This document shows positions 47,500-56,247 of a DNA stretch of 64,000 nt, piece by piece; the first letter of the stretch is position 1, and each line of letters begins with the position of its first letter. A program made the position numbers and the translations under genes. The notes beneath the pieces were generated by a model. It worked only from the letters and a program-made list of their open reading frames with translations, was not told the DNA's origin and made no database searches. The stretch covers positions 2,048,001 through 2,112,000 of the forward strand of contig OY968762.1 in NCBI GenBank assembly GCA_963695225.1. Direction: 5' to 3'. The stretch comes from Vulcanimicrobiota bacterium (lineage in GTDB: Bacteria; Vulcanimicrobiota; Vulcanimicrobiia; Vulcanimicrobiales; Vulcanimicrobiaceae).

Positions 47500-48095
47500 T
47501 CGATTTCTTCAAACGCCTCTTCGGATACCAAACCGAAACGTCGGGCGCGACCGCCAAGGAGCGCCTGCGCCTGGTCTTACTCTCCGATCACCTCTCGCTC
47601 GCGCCGGAAACAATCGAGGCGATGAAGCGCGATCTGCTCGAAGTGATCTCGCGTTACGTTGAGATCGACGAGAAGCAGGCCGACGTGAAGTTCGAGCATC
47701 GCGACCGGGAAATCGCGATGCTCGCGAGCGTTCCGGTCCGTTCGGTCCGCCTGCGTCCGCTGCCGCCGCCGTCGAAGCCGCCGTCCCGGCTCTCGCTCGT
47801 CGTGCCTCCGGCTGCGCCTGCGCCCGCCGCCGAACCCCCGGCGGAACCGGCCCCGGCGCTCGGCACCGCCCCGGCCGGTTCTCGGGAACCCGCCCCCGAC
47901 GCGCAGCCGGGCGAGCCCGTCCTCGCGGCGGCTTCGCCGGACCCGCAGGAAGCGCAGCCGGAGGCCGAGCCCGGAGCCGAGCCGGTAGCGCTTGCGGTCC
48001 CCAGGGCCGCGACGAGTTCTGCACGGCGCAGGCGCCGCCGGAAGAAGGCGCAATCGGGCGGGCAGCCGCTGCAGATGAGCGCCGCGCGCTACTAG
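47496..48095 (+). CDS. minE: Cell division topological specificity factor MinE with long C-terminal extension
   Basis: MIDFFKRLFG amphipathic helix, AKERLRLVL, MKRDLLEVISRYVEID. Confidence 0.9.
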   Translation: MIDFFKRLFGYQTETSGATAKERLRLVLLSDHLSLAPETIEAMKRDLLEVISRYVEIDEKQADVKFEHRDREIAMLASVPVRSVRLRPLPPPSKPPSRLSLVVPPAAPAPAAEPPAEPAPALGTAPAGSREPAPDAQPGEPVLAAASPDPQEAQPEAEPGAEPVALAVPRAATSSARRRRRRKKAQSGGQPLQMSAARY

Positions 48096-48134
48096 AGCGG
48101 GTCCCCGCCGGGCCTCCGCCCAAATTCGGGCCAC

Positions 48135-49235
48135 GTGGAGCGTCCCTGGTACCGGTCGTTCAATTGGGCTCTGGTTGCGGCTGCGGTCGCCGTCTCGGCG
48201 CTCGGCATCGTCGCGATCCGCTCGGCGGGGCTGCGCAATCCGGCCGGATCGGGCGAGTGGACGAAGCAGTTGATGTACGTCGTCGTCGGCCTCGGGCTGA
48301 TGGGCGCCTTCGCCGCCTTCGACTACATGAAACTCAAGCGCTACGCGCTCGCGCTCTACGTCGCGAATATCCTCCTGCTCGCGATCGTCATGCGCGGCGG
48401 GCACAGCGCGCTCGGCGCGGTGCGCTGGATCTCGCTCGGCCCGCTCGGAACGTTCCAACCGTCGGAACCCGCCAAGCTGATCCTCGCGATCGTCGTCGCG
48501 ACGCTCTTGGCGCGCAAGACGACGGTAGAGCCGCGCGAAATCCTGATCGCGATCGGTGCGGTCGCGCTTCCTTCGCTCTTGATCCTCAAACAGCCGGACC
48601 TCGGCACGACGCTGGTCGTCTTCGCGATCCTCAGCGCCGAGCTGTTCTTCGGCGTCGCGAGGATGTGGCATTTTGGGGTCTATGCGGCGTGCGTCGCGAT
48701 CGCGGGCGCGTTCACCGTCGGTACGAACGTGGTGCTCAAACCGTTCCAGCGGAGCCGGCTGCTCGTCTTCCTCCACCCCGATAGCGATCCGCTCGGAGCC
48801 GGCTACAATCTCAATCAATCGAAGATCGCGGTCGGGAGCGGCGAGCTCTTCGGCAAGGGGCTCCACCACGGGACGCAGACGCAGTTGCACTTCGTCCCCG
48901 AGAACTCGCGGGATTTCATCTTCACCGTCGTCGGCGAGGAACTCGGGCACATCGGCGCGGTCACGCTCGTCGCGCTCTACGCGCTCCTGCTCGGGAGCGC
49001 GCTCCGGGCGGTCGTCGCGGCGCGGGACCGCTTCGGCGTCTTGCTCAGCGTCGGTCTCGTGGCGATGCTGGCGTTCCACGTCGTCGTCAACATCGGAATG
49101 ACGATCGGCATCATGCCGATCACCGGGATCCCGCTCCCGTTCATGTCGTACGGCGGGTCCGCCGTGCTGACCGACTACATCGCGCTCGGCATCCTGCTCA
49201 ACATCGACCTGCAACGCGACAAGCTCGTCTTCTAG
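48135..49235 (+). CDS. rodA: Rod shape-determining SEDS protein RodA
   Basis: GAVRWI, FQPSEPAK, QPDLGT, GYNLNQS.IA.GSG, DFIF...GEE.G, PITGIPLP.MSYGGS. Confidence 0.92.
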   Translation: MERPWYRSFNWALVAAAVAVSALGIVAIRSAGLRNPAGSGEWTKQLMYVVVGLGLMGAFAAFDYMKLKRYALALYVANILLLAIVMRGGHSALGAVRWISLGPLGTFQPSEPAKLILAIVVATLLARKTTVEPREILIAIGAVALPSLLILKQPDLGTTLVVFAILSAELFFGVARMWHFGVYAACVAIAGAFTVGTNVVLKPFQRSRLLVFLHPDSDPLGAGYNLNQSKIAVGSGELFGKGLHHGTQTQLHFVPENSRDFIFTVVGEELGHIGAVTLVALYALLLGSALRAVVAARDRFGVLLSVGLVAMLAFHVVVNIGMTIGIMPITGIPLPFMSYGGSAVLTDYIALGILLNIDLQRDKLVF

Positions 49236-49287
49236 CGAAGCCATCCCACGGTGCGCATGGAATGCATGGTAGCGTATCGCGGGGCCC

Positions 49288-49438
49288 GCGGGCGGTGCGG
49301 GGCGACGGTCCCCCGCGGGGACGCCCGCGATTTCGCATCCATGCGAAATCGCTACTCGTGCACTTGCCCGCTCCCGCCATCCTGGCTCCGCGGGCAAGCT
49401 GCACGCCCCGCGGGAGACCGTCGCCCCACCCCGCCCGC
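49288..49438 (-). repeat. Dispersed 151-nt structured element, copy 2 (inverted)
   Basis: Reverse complement of 49321-49405 matches the core of copies 1 and 3; 33-bp arms at 49288-49320 / 49406-49438. Confidence 0.92.
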
Positions 49439-49706
49439 TACCTTACTTGTGGCCGGGCGAGGGCGGCGAAGGACCGCTGCCGGGTGAGGAGGAACAGGCA
49501 GACAAGTCCGAGATGGATTTTTGCCGGTCGCCTTGAGCGCGTTCTCGCTCGTGTGACCGCAGGCACTCTGTCGGACCAGCATTTTCATCCGGGGATCCGC
49601 CCCGGCTCGCATGCGCCCCGTGCCGTTCATCGGCGCCGGGCGGCGACGTGCAGGGTCGGGCGGAATCGAAACTTCCGCGCGGACCCCGCCGAAGCGAGGC
49701 TACTCC

Positions 49707-52700
49707 TTGGCAACAGAACTCCTCATCTCGAGCGACCCCTGGGAAAACCGGGTCGCGGTCCTTGAGGACGGCGCGCTCGCCGAAATCTACATCGAGCGCG
49801 AAGAAAAAGTCATCGGCTCCATCTTCAAAGGGAAGGTCCAGAACGTCCTTCCCGGCATGGGCGCCAGCTTCATCGACATCGGGCTCGGGCGCAACGCATT
49901 CCTCTACGTCGACGACATCAACAAGACGCCGCTGAACATCGGCGACGTCGAAATCTCCCAGGCTCGCTCGGGTTGGACGATCACCGAAAAGGTGAACCGC
50001 GGCGACGACGTCCTGGTGCAGATCGTCAAGGAGCCGCGGGGTCTCAAAGGGGCGCGCGTTTCGACGAACATCTCGCTTCCCGGGCGTTATCTGATCTTGA
50101 TGCCGAACGGCCGGTTCTCCGGCGTTTCGCGCAAGATCGAGAGCGCCGAAGAGCGCAACCGGCTCAAGTCGATGATGAAGTTGATCCGGCCCGAGGGGAT
50201 GGCGACCGTCGTGCGCACTTCCGCGGCCGGCGTCTCGCAGGCGGAGTTGATCGCCGATCTCGGCGTCTTGATCCGCATGTGGCATGGGATCCTCGAATCG
50301 TACAAGCGGGCCGAGCCGCCCGCGCTGATCCACAAGGATATGAACCTGGTCTACAAGGCCGCGCGCGATTTCATCACGCCGGAAGTCGACCGCGTCTTGA
50401 TCGACGATGCCGCCGAGTGCGAGAAGGTGCGCGAGTTCATGCGCCTCCTCGGTCCGCAATACGTCGACCGCATCCAGCACTACAACGGCGGGCGCAGCCT
50501 GTTCAAGGACTTCAAGGTCGACGACGACCTGCAGAAGCTGATGCGGCCGAAGGTCAACTTGCCCTCCGGCGGCTCGATCGTCATCGAGACGACGGAAGCG
50601 CTCACCGTCATCGACGTCAACTCCGGCAAGTTCACCGGCGGGAAGAATCTCGACGACACGATCGTCAAGACGAACGTCGAAGCGGCGGCTGAGATCGCGC
50701 GGCAGGTGCGCCTGCGCGACATCGGCGGGATCATCGTCTGCGATTTCATCGACATGTCGTCGGAAGCCGCGCGCACGAAGGTGATCGATACGCTCAAAGC
50801 CGGGCTCGTCCGCGACCGGACGCGCACGACGATCCAATCGTTCTCGAACCTCGGCTTGCTCGAGTTCACGCGCAAGCGCATCGGCAAGGATCTGGGCGCG
50901 CAACTGCGCGGCCACTGTCCGACCTGCGCGGGCCTCGGCAGCGTGATGTCGCCGGAATCCGTCGCGATCGAGGCGTTTCGCCAATTGCGCCGCTTCGGCG
51001 AAGCGAATAAACCCGACGGCCGGAAGAAGAAACAGGAAGCGGTCGACGTTTTCGCGGCGCCGACGGTCGGCGCGCAACTCGAGTATTGGTACGAAGACGA
51101 GCTGCTTGCGCTCGAGGCGCAACTCGGCCGCACGATCAACATCCGCGTCGATCCGGCGCTCCACCCCGAACGCTTCCGCATCGAACTCTCGACCGACGCC
51201 GTCCAACCAGCCCAGATCGACGGCAAAGCGGTCCGGGTCGGGGACGAGATCGACGTCGAGCTCGTGCACACGAGGATGCCCAATCCGGCGTCGGGGCTCG
51301 CGGTCGTCGGCGACCGGCTCGTTGAGGTCGAAAACGCCGCGAACGCTGCGGGTCAAACGATCAAGATCAAGGTCATCGATATCGACGACGACGGGAACAT
51401 TCTGGTCGAGCCGCGGACGGCCGTTCCCGCCGCAGCATCCGTCGCCGCCGCCTCGGGCGAGGGGAAGCGCCGACGCCGCCGCGGCGGGCGCGGGCGTCGC
51501 AAAGAGCTTACCGTCGCCGAGCAGACCGAGGAACTGCGCGAACTCGCCGAAGAGGCCGCGAAGGGTCTCGACGCGCGAGCCGCGATCGGCATCTCGACCG
51601 GACCCGATCCGGAAGACGATATCGAAGCGCGGGCCCGCGCAGCCGAGCGCAAACAGCAGGCGCCGCAACTCGCGACCGTCACGCCGATCCGCCCGGGCAT
51701 CGAGAGCATCGTCGGCGAGGTCGTCGCCGGTGCCGAGACGGGCGACGGGCGTCGTCGCAAGCGCCGCCGCCGTCGCCGCCGCGGCTCTTCCGACGTCTCC
51801 GCCATTCCGTCGAATCTCCAGGCCGCAGCCGGGAATGAGGCGGAGGCCGACGAGGACCTGGAGACCGCCGACGGGCCGGCACCTTCGGCGGACGCCGAAC
51901 CGGCGGCCGATGCAGATCAGCCGGCTGCCTACGCCTCCTGGCCGCCGAGCGAGGAAGGGGCAGGGCGTCGCCCGCGCCGCCGCCGCCGTCGCCGCCGCGG
52001 ACGCGGTGGAATGGCCGTGATCGACGGAGGCGTGCCGCAGCAGACCGGAGCCGTCCCCGAACGGCAGATCTTCCGAGTCGGTTCCGACGGTGCGGCCGAA
52101 GCCACCGGCGAACAAGCTCCGCCCGAACCCTCGCGCGCGCTCGCTCCGCGGAATCCCGGCGCCGTCGCGGTCGACGCGCCGCCGCCGAGCCTTTCGCTCC
52201 CCGAAGAGAAGCCGAAGCTGGCGCGTCCCGTTCGAGGACGGCGCGCCCGGCCCGCCGCGGCCGCTCCCGCGCTCGAGGCCGCCCCGGATCCGGCGACATC
52301 GCTCCCGCCCCCGGCGGAGCCTCCCGCACCGGCTCAGGCTTCCGAGCCGGCGCCGGCCGTGGCGGATGCGCCGCCGGAGCCTGCGCCCAAGCGCCGGGGA
52401 CGTCCGCGGAAAGCTGAGCCCACGGCCGCCGCTGCTCCGGCAGCGGTTCCGGCCCCGGCCCCGGCGCCCTTGCCCGCCCCGGCTCTCGCACCCGCAGCGG
52501 AGACTCCCGCGAAGCCGGCGACGCGGGCCGGTACGAAGCCGGCTGCTCGCAAGAAGGCAGCGGCCAAGCCGAAGGCGACCGCCAAGGCCGCCGCCTCGAA
52601 ACCCCCGGCGAAGCGCGCGACGACTCGGAAGACGGCGGCCGAGCCCGCCACGGCGCCGAAGACGCCCGCTAGCCGGAAGGCTGCCGCATCCGCCGCCGAC

Positions 52701-52826
52701 GCGACGAAGAAGCGGCCGGCGCGCAAAGCCGCCGCTCCCGCGAAGACGGGCCGCCTGACGGCGACGCGCACGGCGGGCGCCGCGAAAAAAGGAACAGCGA
52801 AGAAGACGACCCGCAAGAAATCGTGA
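49707..52826 (+). CDS. RNase E/G family ribonuclease with TRAM-like domain and long disordered Arg/Pro/Lys-rich tail
   Basis: S1 domain (VLPGMGASFIDIG), IDVNSG, DFIDM, CPTC zinc link; TTG start at 49707 inferred. Confidence 0.93.
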   Translation: MATELLISSDPWENRVAVLEDGALAEIYIEREEKVIGSIFKGKVQNVLPGMGASFIDIGLGRNAFLYVDDINKTPLNIGDVEISQARSGWTITEKVNRGDDVLVQIVKEPRGLKGARVSTNISLPGRYLILMPNGRFSGVSRKIESAEERNRLKSMMKLIRPEGMATVVRTSAAGVSQAELIADLGVLIRMWHGILESYKRAEPPALIHKDMNLVYKAARDFITPEVDRVLIDDAAECEKVREFMRLLGPQYVDRIQHYNGGRSLFKDFKVDDDLQKLMRPKVNLPSGGSIVIETTEALTVIDVNSGKFTGGKNLDDTIVKTNVEAAAEIARQVRLRDIGGIIVCDFIDMSSEAARTKVIDTLKAGLVRDRTRTTIQSFSNLGLLEFTRKRIGKDLGAQLRGHCPTCAGLGSVMSPESVAIEAFRQLRRFGEANKPDGRKKKQEAVDVFAAPTVGAQLEYWYEDELLALEAQLGRTINIRVDPALHPERFRIELSTDAVQPAQIDGKAVRVGDEIDVELVHTRMPNPASGLAVVGDRLVEVENAANAAGQTIKIKVIDIDDDGNILVEPRTAVPAAASVAAASGEGKRRRRRGGRGRRKELTVAEQTEELRELAEEAAKGLDARAAIGISTGPDPEDDIEARARAAERKQQAPQLATVTPIRPGIESIVGEVVAGAETGDGRRRKRRRRRRRGSSDVSAIPSNLQAAAGNEAEADEDLETADGPAPSADAEPAADADQPAAYASWPPSEEGAGRRPRRRRRRRRGRGGMAVIDGGVPQQTGAVPERQIFRVGSDGAAEATGEQAPPEPSRALAPRNPGAVAVDAPPPSLSLPEEKPKLARPVRGRRARPAAAAPALEAAPDPATSLPPPAEPPAPAQASEPAPAVADAPPEPAPKRRGRPRKAEPTAAAAPAAVPAPAPAPLPAPALAPAAETPAKPATRAGTKPAARKKAAAKPKATAKAAASKPPAKRATTRKTAAEPATAPKTPASRKAAASAADATKKRPARKAAAPAKTGRLTATRTAGAAKKGTAKKTTRKKS

Positions 52827-53455
52827 CGCGGGCCGTCTTCACGGACTACGACGGGACGATCACCGATCTCGACACGTTCGACGTGCTCGTCCGGCGCGAG
52901 GCCGGTCCCGGCCCGTGGCACGATATCGAGCGCCGGATGGCGAGCGGCGAGTTGACGCTGCGTGACGCGCTCGTCGAGGAAGCCTCGTACGTTCGCGCGA
53001 CGCTCGACGAAGCCGACGCCCGCATCGCGCGCGAAGTGGCGTTCGACCGAACGTTCGTCGACTTTTCGGCGCACTGTGAGGCGGCCGGGATTCCGGTCAC
53101 CATCGTGAGCTCGGGCATCGAGCCGCTCATCCGCCGCATGCTCGCGAGGCATGGCCTCGCGCATCTGCACGTGATCGCAAACGATATCGACGTGCGCAAC
53201 GACGGCTGGCTGATTCGCTTCCGCGACGACGGCCCGAACGGGACCGACAAAGCGGCGGTCGTCGCTGCGGCGAAAGCGCGCGGTGCGACGACGATCTTCG
53301 TCGGGGACGGCCGCTCCGATTTCGACGCGGCGGTTGCCGCCGACGTCCGTTTCGCCAAACGCGGTCGCGCGCTCGAACGCCACTTGGCGCGCGAGGCGCT
53401 CGCGTATACGCCGTTCGATCGCTTCGCGGAGATCCTAACGGCGTTCGCGGGCTAA
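52823..53455 (+). CDS. HAD-IB phosphatase (MtnX-like)
   Basis: DYDGTIT, IVSSG, K, VGDGRSD motifs. Confidence 0.85.
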   Translation: MTRAVFTDYDGTITDLDTFDVLVRREAGPGPWHDIERRMASGELTLRDALVEEASYVRATLDEADARIAREVAFDRTFVDFSAHCEAAGIPVTIVSSGIEPLIRRMLARHGLAHLHVIANDIDVRNDGWLIRFRDDGPNGTDKAAVVAAAKARGATTIFVGDGRSDFDAAVAADVRFAKRGRALERHLAREALAYTPFDRFAEILTAFAG

Positions 53456-54885
53456 GCGAGAGCGCGCCGGCTGCGGCGGACCGCTTTCCACGCTCGGTGC
53501 CAGCGGAGCTTCGCGGCCGCAGCGTCCGCGGCTGCGAGCGCTCCGATGGCGTTTGCAGCGTAGGCCGTGCGCGGGTCTTGCGCGCTGGGCGCGAGCCAGG
53601 CTAGCTCGAGCACCGCGTCTTGAACGCGCCCGAGCTCGTCTTGCAAGTCGCCGAGCCTTCGGACGAAGCGCCGTGCGCGTTTGCCCGCGAGCGGAATCTG
53701 CGCTTCGGCGGCGTAGCGGCAGCGCTTCGCGCGCACGCGCACCGCGTGGAGCTCGGCGTCGGCGGGCGCATCGCCGAGCGCGCGAACCTCACGCCGCAGG
53801 CGTTTCCAGCCGCGCGTTACGAGTTTGGGGACGAGATCGCTCGCCGGTCGCGCGGCGCAGGCGCGGAATTGAGGGCTGGAGAGCGCGGAGCGCAAGTCCG
53901 CGACGAGTTCGAGATAACGCGGCGCCCGCATGAACGCGGCGAGCCTCCGTCGCGCTTGGAGCCGAGCTTCGAGGATGCGCGCGAGCACTTCGCGCGCCGC
54001 GCCGCGTTCGCTGCGGTCGAGACGTTCGCTCGCCGCCGAGACGCTCGCGACGGCGACGTCGGCATCTCGCGCCGCGCCGAAAATCTCCGCCAACAGAGAC
54101 GCGCGCGCGAGCGCGTCGCGCGTCCAGGCCGGAAGGAATAGCCGAGAAAACGAGCGCAGGCACCCGCGCAGGCGGCGTAAGGCAACGCGCGCTTCGTGCA
54201 CGCTCTCGACGTCGTGCAAGAGACGCAGGCGCACTTCGGCGAGACAGAAGTCGTCGAGGGCGGCGCCGAGGCGGCGTCCGACGGCCTCTCCCGCGCTGGC
54301 GCCTTTCGGCAGGCGCACGGGCTCCGGTTCCACGACCGCCCTCGCGCCGGCGTCCCGCAGGAGGCGCGCCGTGTCCGCGAACAGTTCGGCGTTCGCCGGA
54401 TCGAGCAACTCCAACGCGAGCTGCTGGCGAGAGCGCTTGTTCTTCCCCTCGCGCACGTGCCGCACGTCGAGGGACGCGACGGCGACGGCGTCGTTGCGGT
54501 CGGGACCGGTGATGCGGATGCGCTGCCGGATCGCGCGTAACTCGTCGCATGGGAGCAGCGGCTCGCCGCAGAGGATCGCCGCGAGCGCGTCGAGCAGGGC
54601 GGCCGGCGGGACATCCCGCGAGCCGGCTAACGTGCGCGCGATCGTTCGCCCGCTCCGTTGCGCTTCGAGGCCCGCCGGCACGGAGAGCGTCCAACCTTCA
54701 AACGCGCGATAGCGGACGCTCGCGCCCAGCGCTTCCAGGCGCCGGTCCGCGGTATCGTAGACGATCGAATGAATGCGCTCGAGTCGGATCGTGCGCATCG
54801 GCAGATTGCGTTCCTCCGCCAGCGAGAGGAACGAGCGGAAACGAAAACGCTTGGGGGCTTCGAGCGTCAGCTCGTGCGCGAACAT
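53452..54885 (-). CDS. CYTH + CHAD domain protein
   Basis: YDTAD.RL...G.S.RYR, VHEARVALRRLR, ARDADV, LHAVR...KRCRYAAE, LQDELG..QD. Confidence 0.88.
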   Translation of the reverse strand: MFAHELTLEAPKRFRFRSFLSLAEERNLPMRTIRLERIHSIVYDTADRRLEALGASVRYRAFEGWTLSVPAGLEAQRSGRTIARTLAGSRDVPPAALLDALAAILCGEPLLPCDELRAIRQRIRITGPDRNDAVAVASLDVRHVREGKNKRSRQQLALELLDPANAELFADTARLLRDAGARAVVEPEPVRLPKGASAGEAVGRRLGAALDDFCLAEVRLRLLHDVESVHEARVALRRLRGCLRSFSRLFLPAWTRDALARASLLAEIFGAARDADVAVASVSAASERLDRSERGAAREVLARILEARLQARRRLAAFMRAPRYLELVADLRSALSSPQFRACAARPASDLVPKLVTRGWKRLRREVRALGDAPADAELHAVRVRAKRCRYAAEAQIPLAGKRARRFVRRLGDLQDELGRVQDAVLELAWLAPSAQDPRTAYAANAIGALAAADAAAAKLRWHRAWKAVRRSRRALA

Positions 54886-54893
54886 CGTTGCCT

Positions 54894-56240
54894 CTACGAA
54901 CCGCCGGTCGAAGCGATCTTTCCGCGCAGGTAGCCGATCGCGGCCTTGAGTTGCGTGTCGCTCGTGGGATCTCCGAGTTTATCGCCCTTCTGGATCTGCG
55001 CGACGATATCCGGTTGGATTCCTATCGTGTTGATATCGTGCCCGTGCGGCGTCAAGTATCGGGCGCTCGTGATCTTGACGGCCGAACCGTCGGGGAGCGG
55101 GTGGATCGTCTGCACGACGCCCTTCCCGAACGTACGCTCCCCGATCAACTGCCCTACGCCGTCGTCTTGGATCGCGCCGGAGGTGATCTCGGAGGCCGAT
55201 GCCGTGTAATGATTCACGAGGACTGCGAGCGGCTTGGGCGCCATGGCGATGTTCTCACCGATGTACTCGGTGTTGTTCCCGCCGCGCGATTCGACCGAGA
55301 CGATCGGCGCCGTCGCGATGAACTTCGAACTCACGTCGATCGCGGCGTTCAAGTAGCCGCCGCCGTTGTCGCGCAAATCGAGGACGTACGCCTTCGCGCC
55401 CTGCGCTTCGAGCTTGTCGAGCGCCGTCGAGAGTTCGGCGGCGGTGTTCGCGCCGAACACGGTGAGGCGCGCGTATCCGATCCCGCCGTCGAGCATCCGC
55501 GAGTAGACGCTTGGCTGATGGATGACGGCGCGCGTGATGCTGATGGGATCGGGGAGGAGCTTCCCGTCGCGTTCGATGGTGACGCGCACGACGGTCCCTT
55601 CCTGGCCGCGCAGCATCTTCGAATCGTCTTCGCTCCGCAGGCCGAGCGTCGGCTTGCCGTCGATCGTGACGATGACGTCGTTCTGTTTGATTCCGGCTCG
55701 CTCGGCGGGCGTATCGGGGATCACGTCGACGACGAGGAGCGTCTTGAGTTGCTCGTCGACGCGGATCGCGATGCCGACGCCGCCGAAGTTGCCGCCGTCG
55801 AGCCCTTCGTTGAGGTCGGCGAACTCCTTCGGCGTCAGGAACGTCGTGTAGCGATCCTTCACCGAGCCGACGAGCCCCGTGATCGCTGCGTACGTCAACG
55901 GCCGGCTGCCGAAGCGCTGCCCGTATTCGCCGACGACTGAATCGAGCTCGCGGCTCAGCTCGCGGGCATTGCGATCGACGTCGTCGGTGGCGCGAACTTG
56001 CGGGACCTGCGGGTTGTCGACCCCGTTCTTCTTCAGAAACGCGATGAGCTGGTTTCGCGCGCCGTCGAGGAGCGTTTGCGGATCGGATTTCTTATAGAAC
56101 TCGCTCGTCATCAGCGAGTAGCTCATCGAAAGCTCTTGGCTCTCGAGCGGCGAAACGCCGATTCGGGCCGAGGCTGAGTGCCCGACTCCGAGGGAGCCGA
56201 CGATCAACAGTGCGGCGGCCACGAACGCGTGACGCTTCAT
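54894..56240 (-). CDS. S41 carboxyl-terminal processing protease (PDZ), paralogue 2
   Basis: FGGVGI PDZ entry, LDLRDNGGG, TASASEI, TFGKG.VQ, YLTP.G. Confidence 0.93.
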   Translation of the reverse strand: MKRHAFVAAALLIVGSLGVGHSASARIGVSPLESQELSMSYSLMTSEFYKKSDPQTLLDGARNQLIAFLKKNGVDNPQVPQVRATDDVDRNARELSRELDSVVGEYGQRFGSRPLTYAAITGLVGSVKDRYTTFLTPKEFADLNEGLDGGNFGGVGIAIRVDEQLKTLLVVDVIPDTPAERAGIKQNDVIVTIDGKPTLGLRSEDDSKMLRGQEGTVVRVTIERDGKLLPDPISITRAVIHQPSVYSRMLDGGIGYARLTVFGANTAAELSTALDKLEAQGAKAYVLDLRDNGGGYLNAAIDVSSKFIATAPIVSVESRGGNNTEYIGENIAMAPKPLAVLVNHYTASASEITSGAIQDDGVGQLIGERTFGKGVVQTIHPLPDGSAVKITSARYLTPHGHDINTIGIQPDIVAQIQKGDKLGDPTSDTQLKAAIGYLRGKIASTGGS

Positions 56241-56247
56241 AAAGGGA

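Noticed and set aside
49446..49706. RNase P RNA in the rodA-rne spacer
   Set aside because: GAGGA and AAGTCC occur but are separated; the GAGGAAAGTCC and 3' ACAGAA..CGGC signatures are missing. More likely the rne leader.
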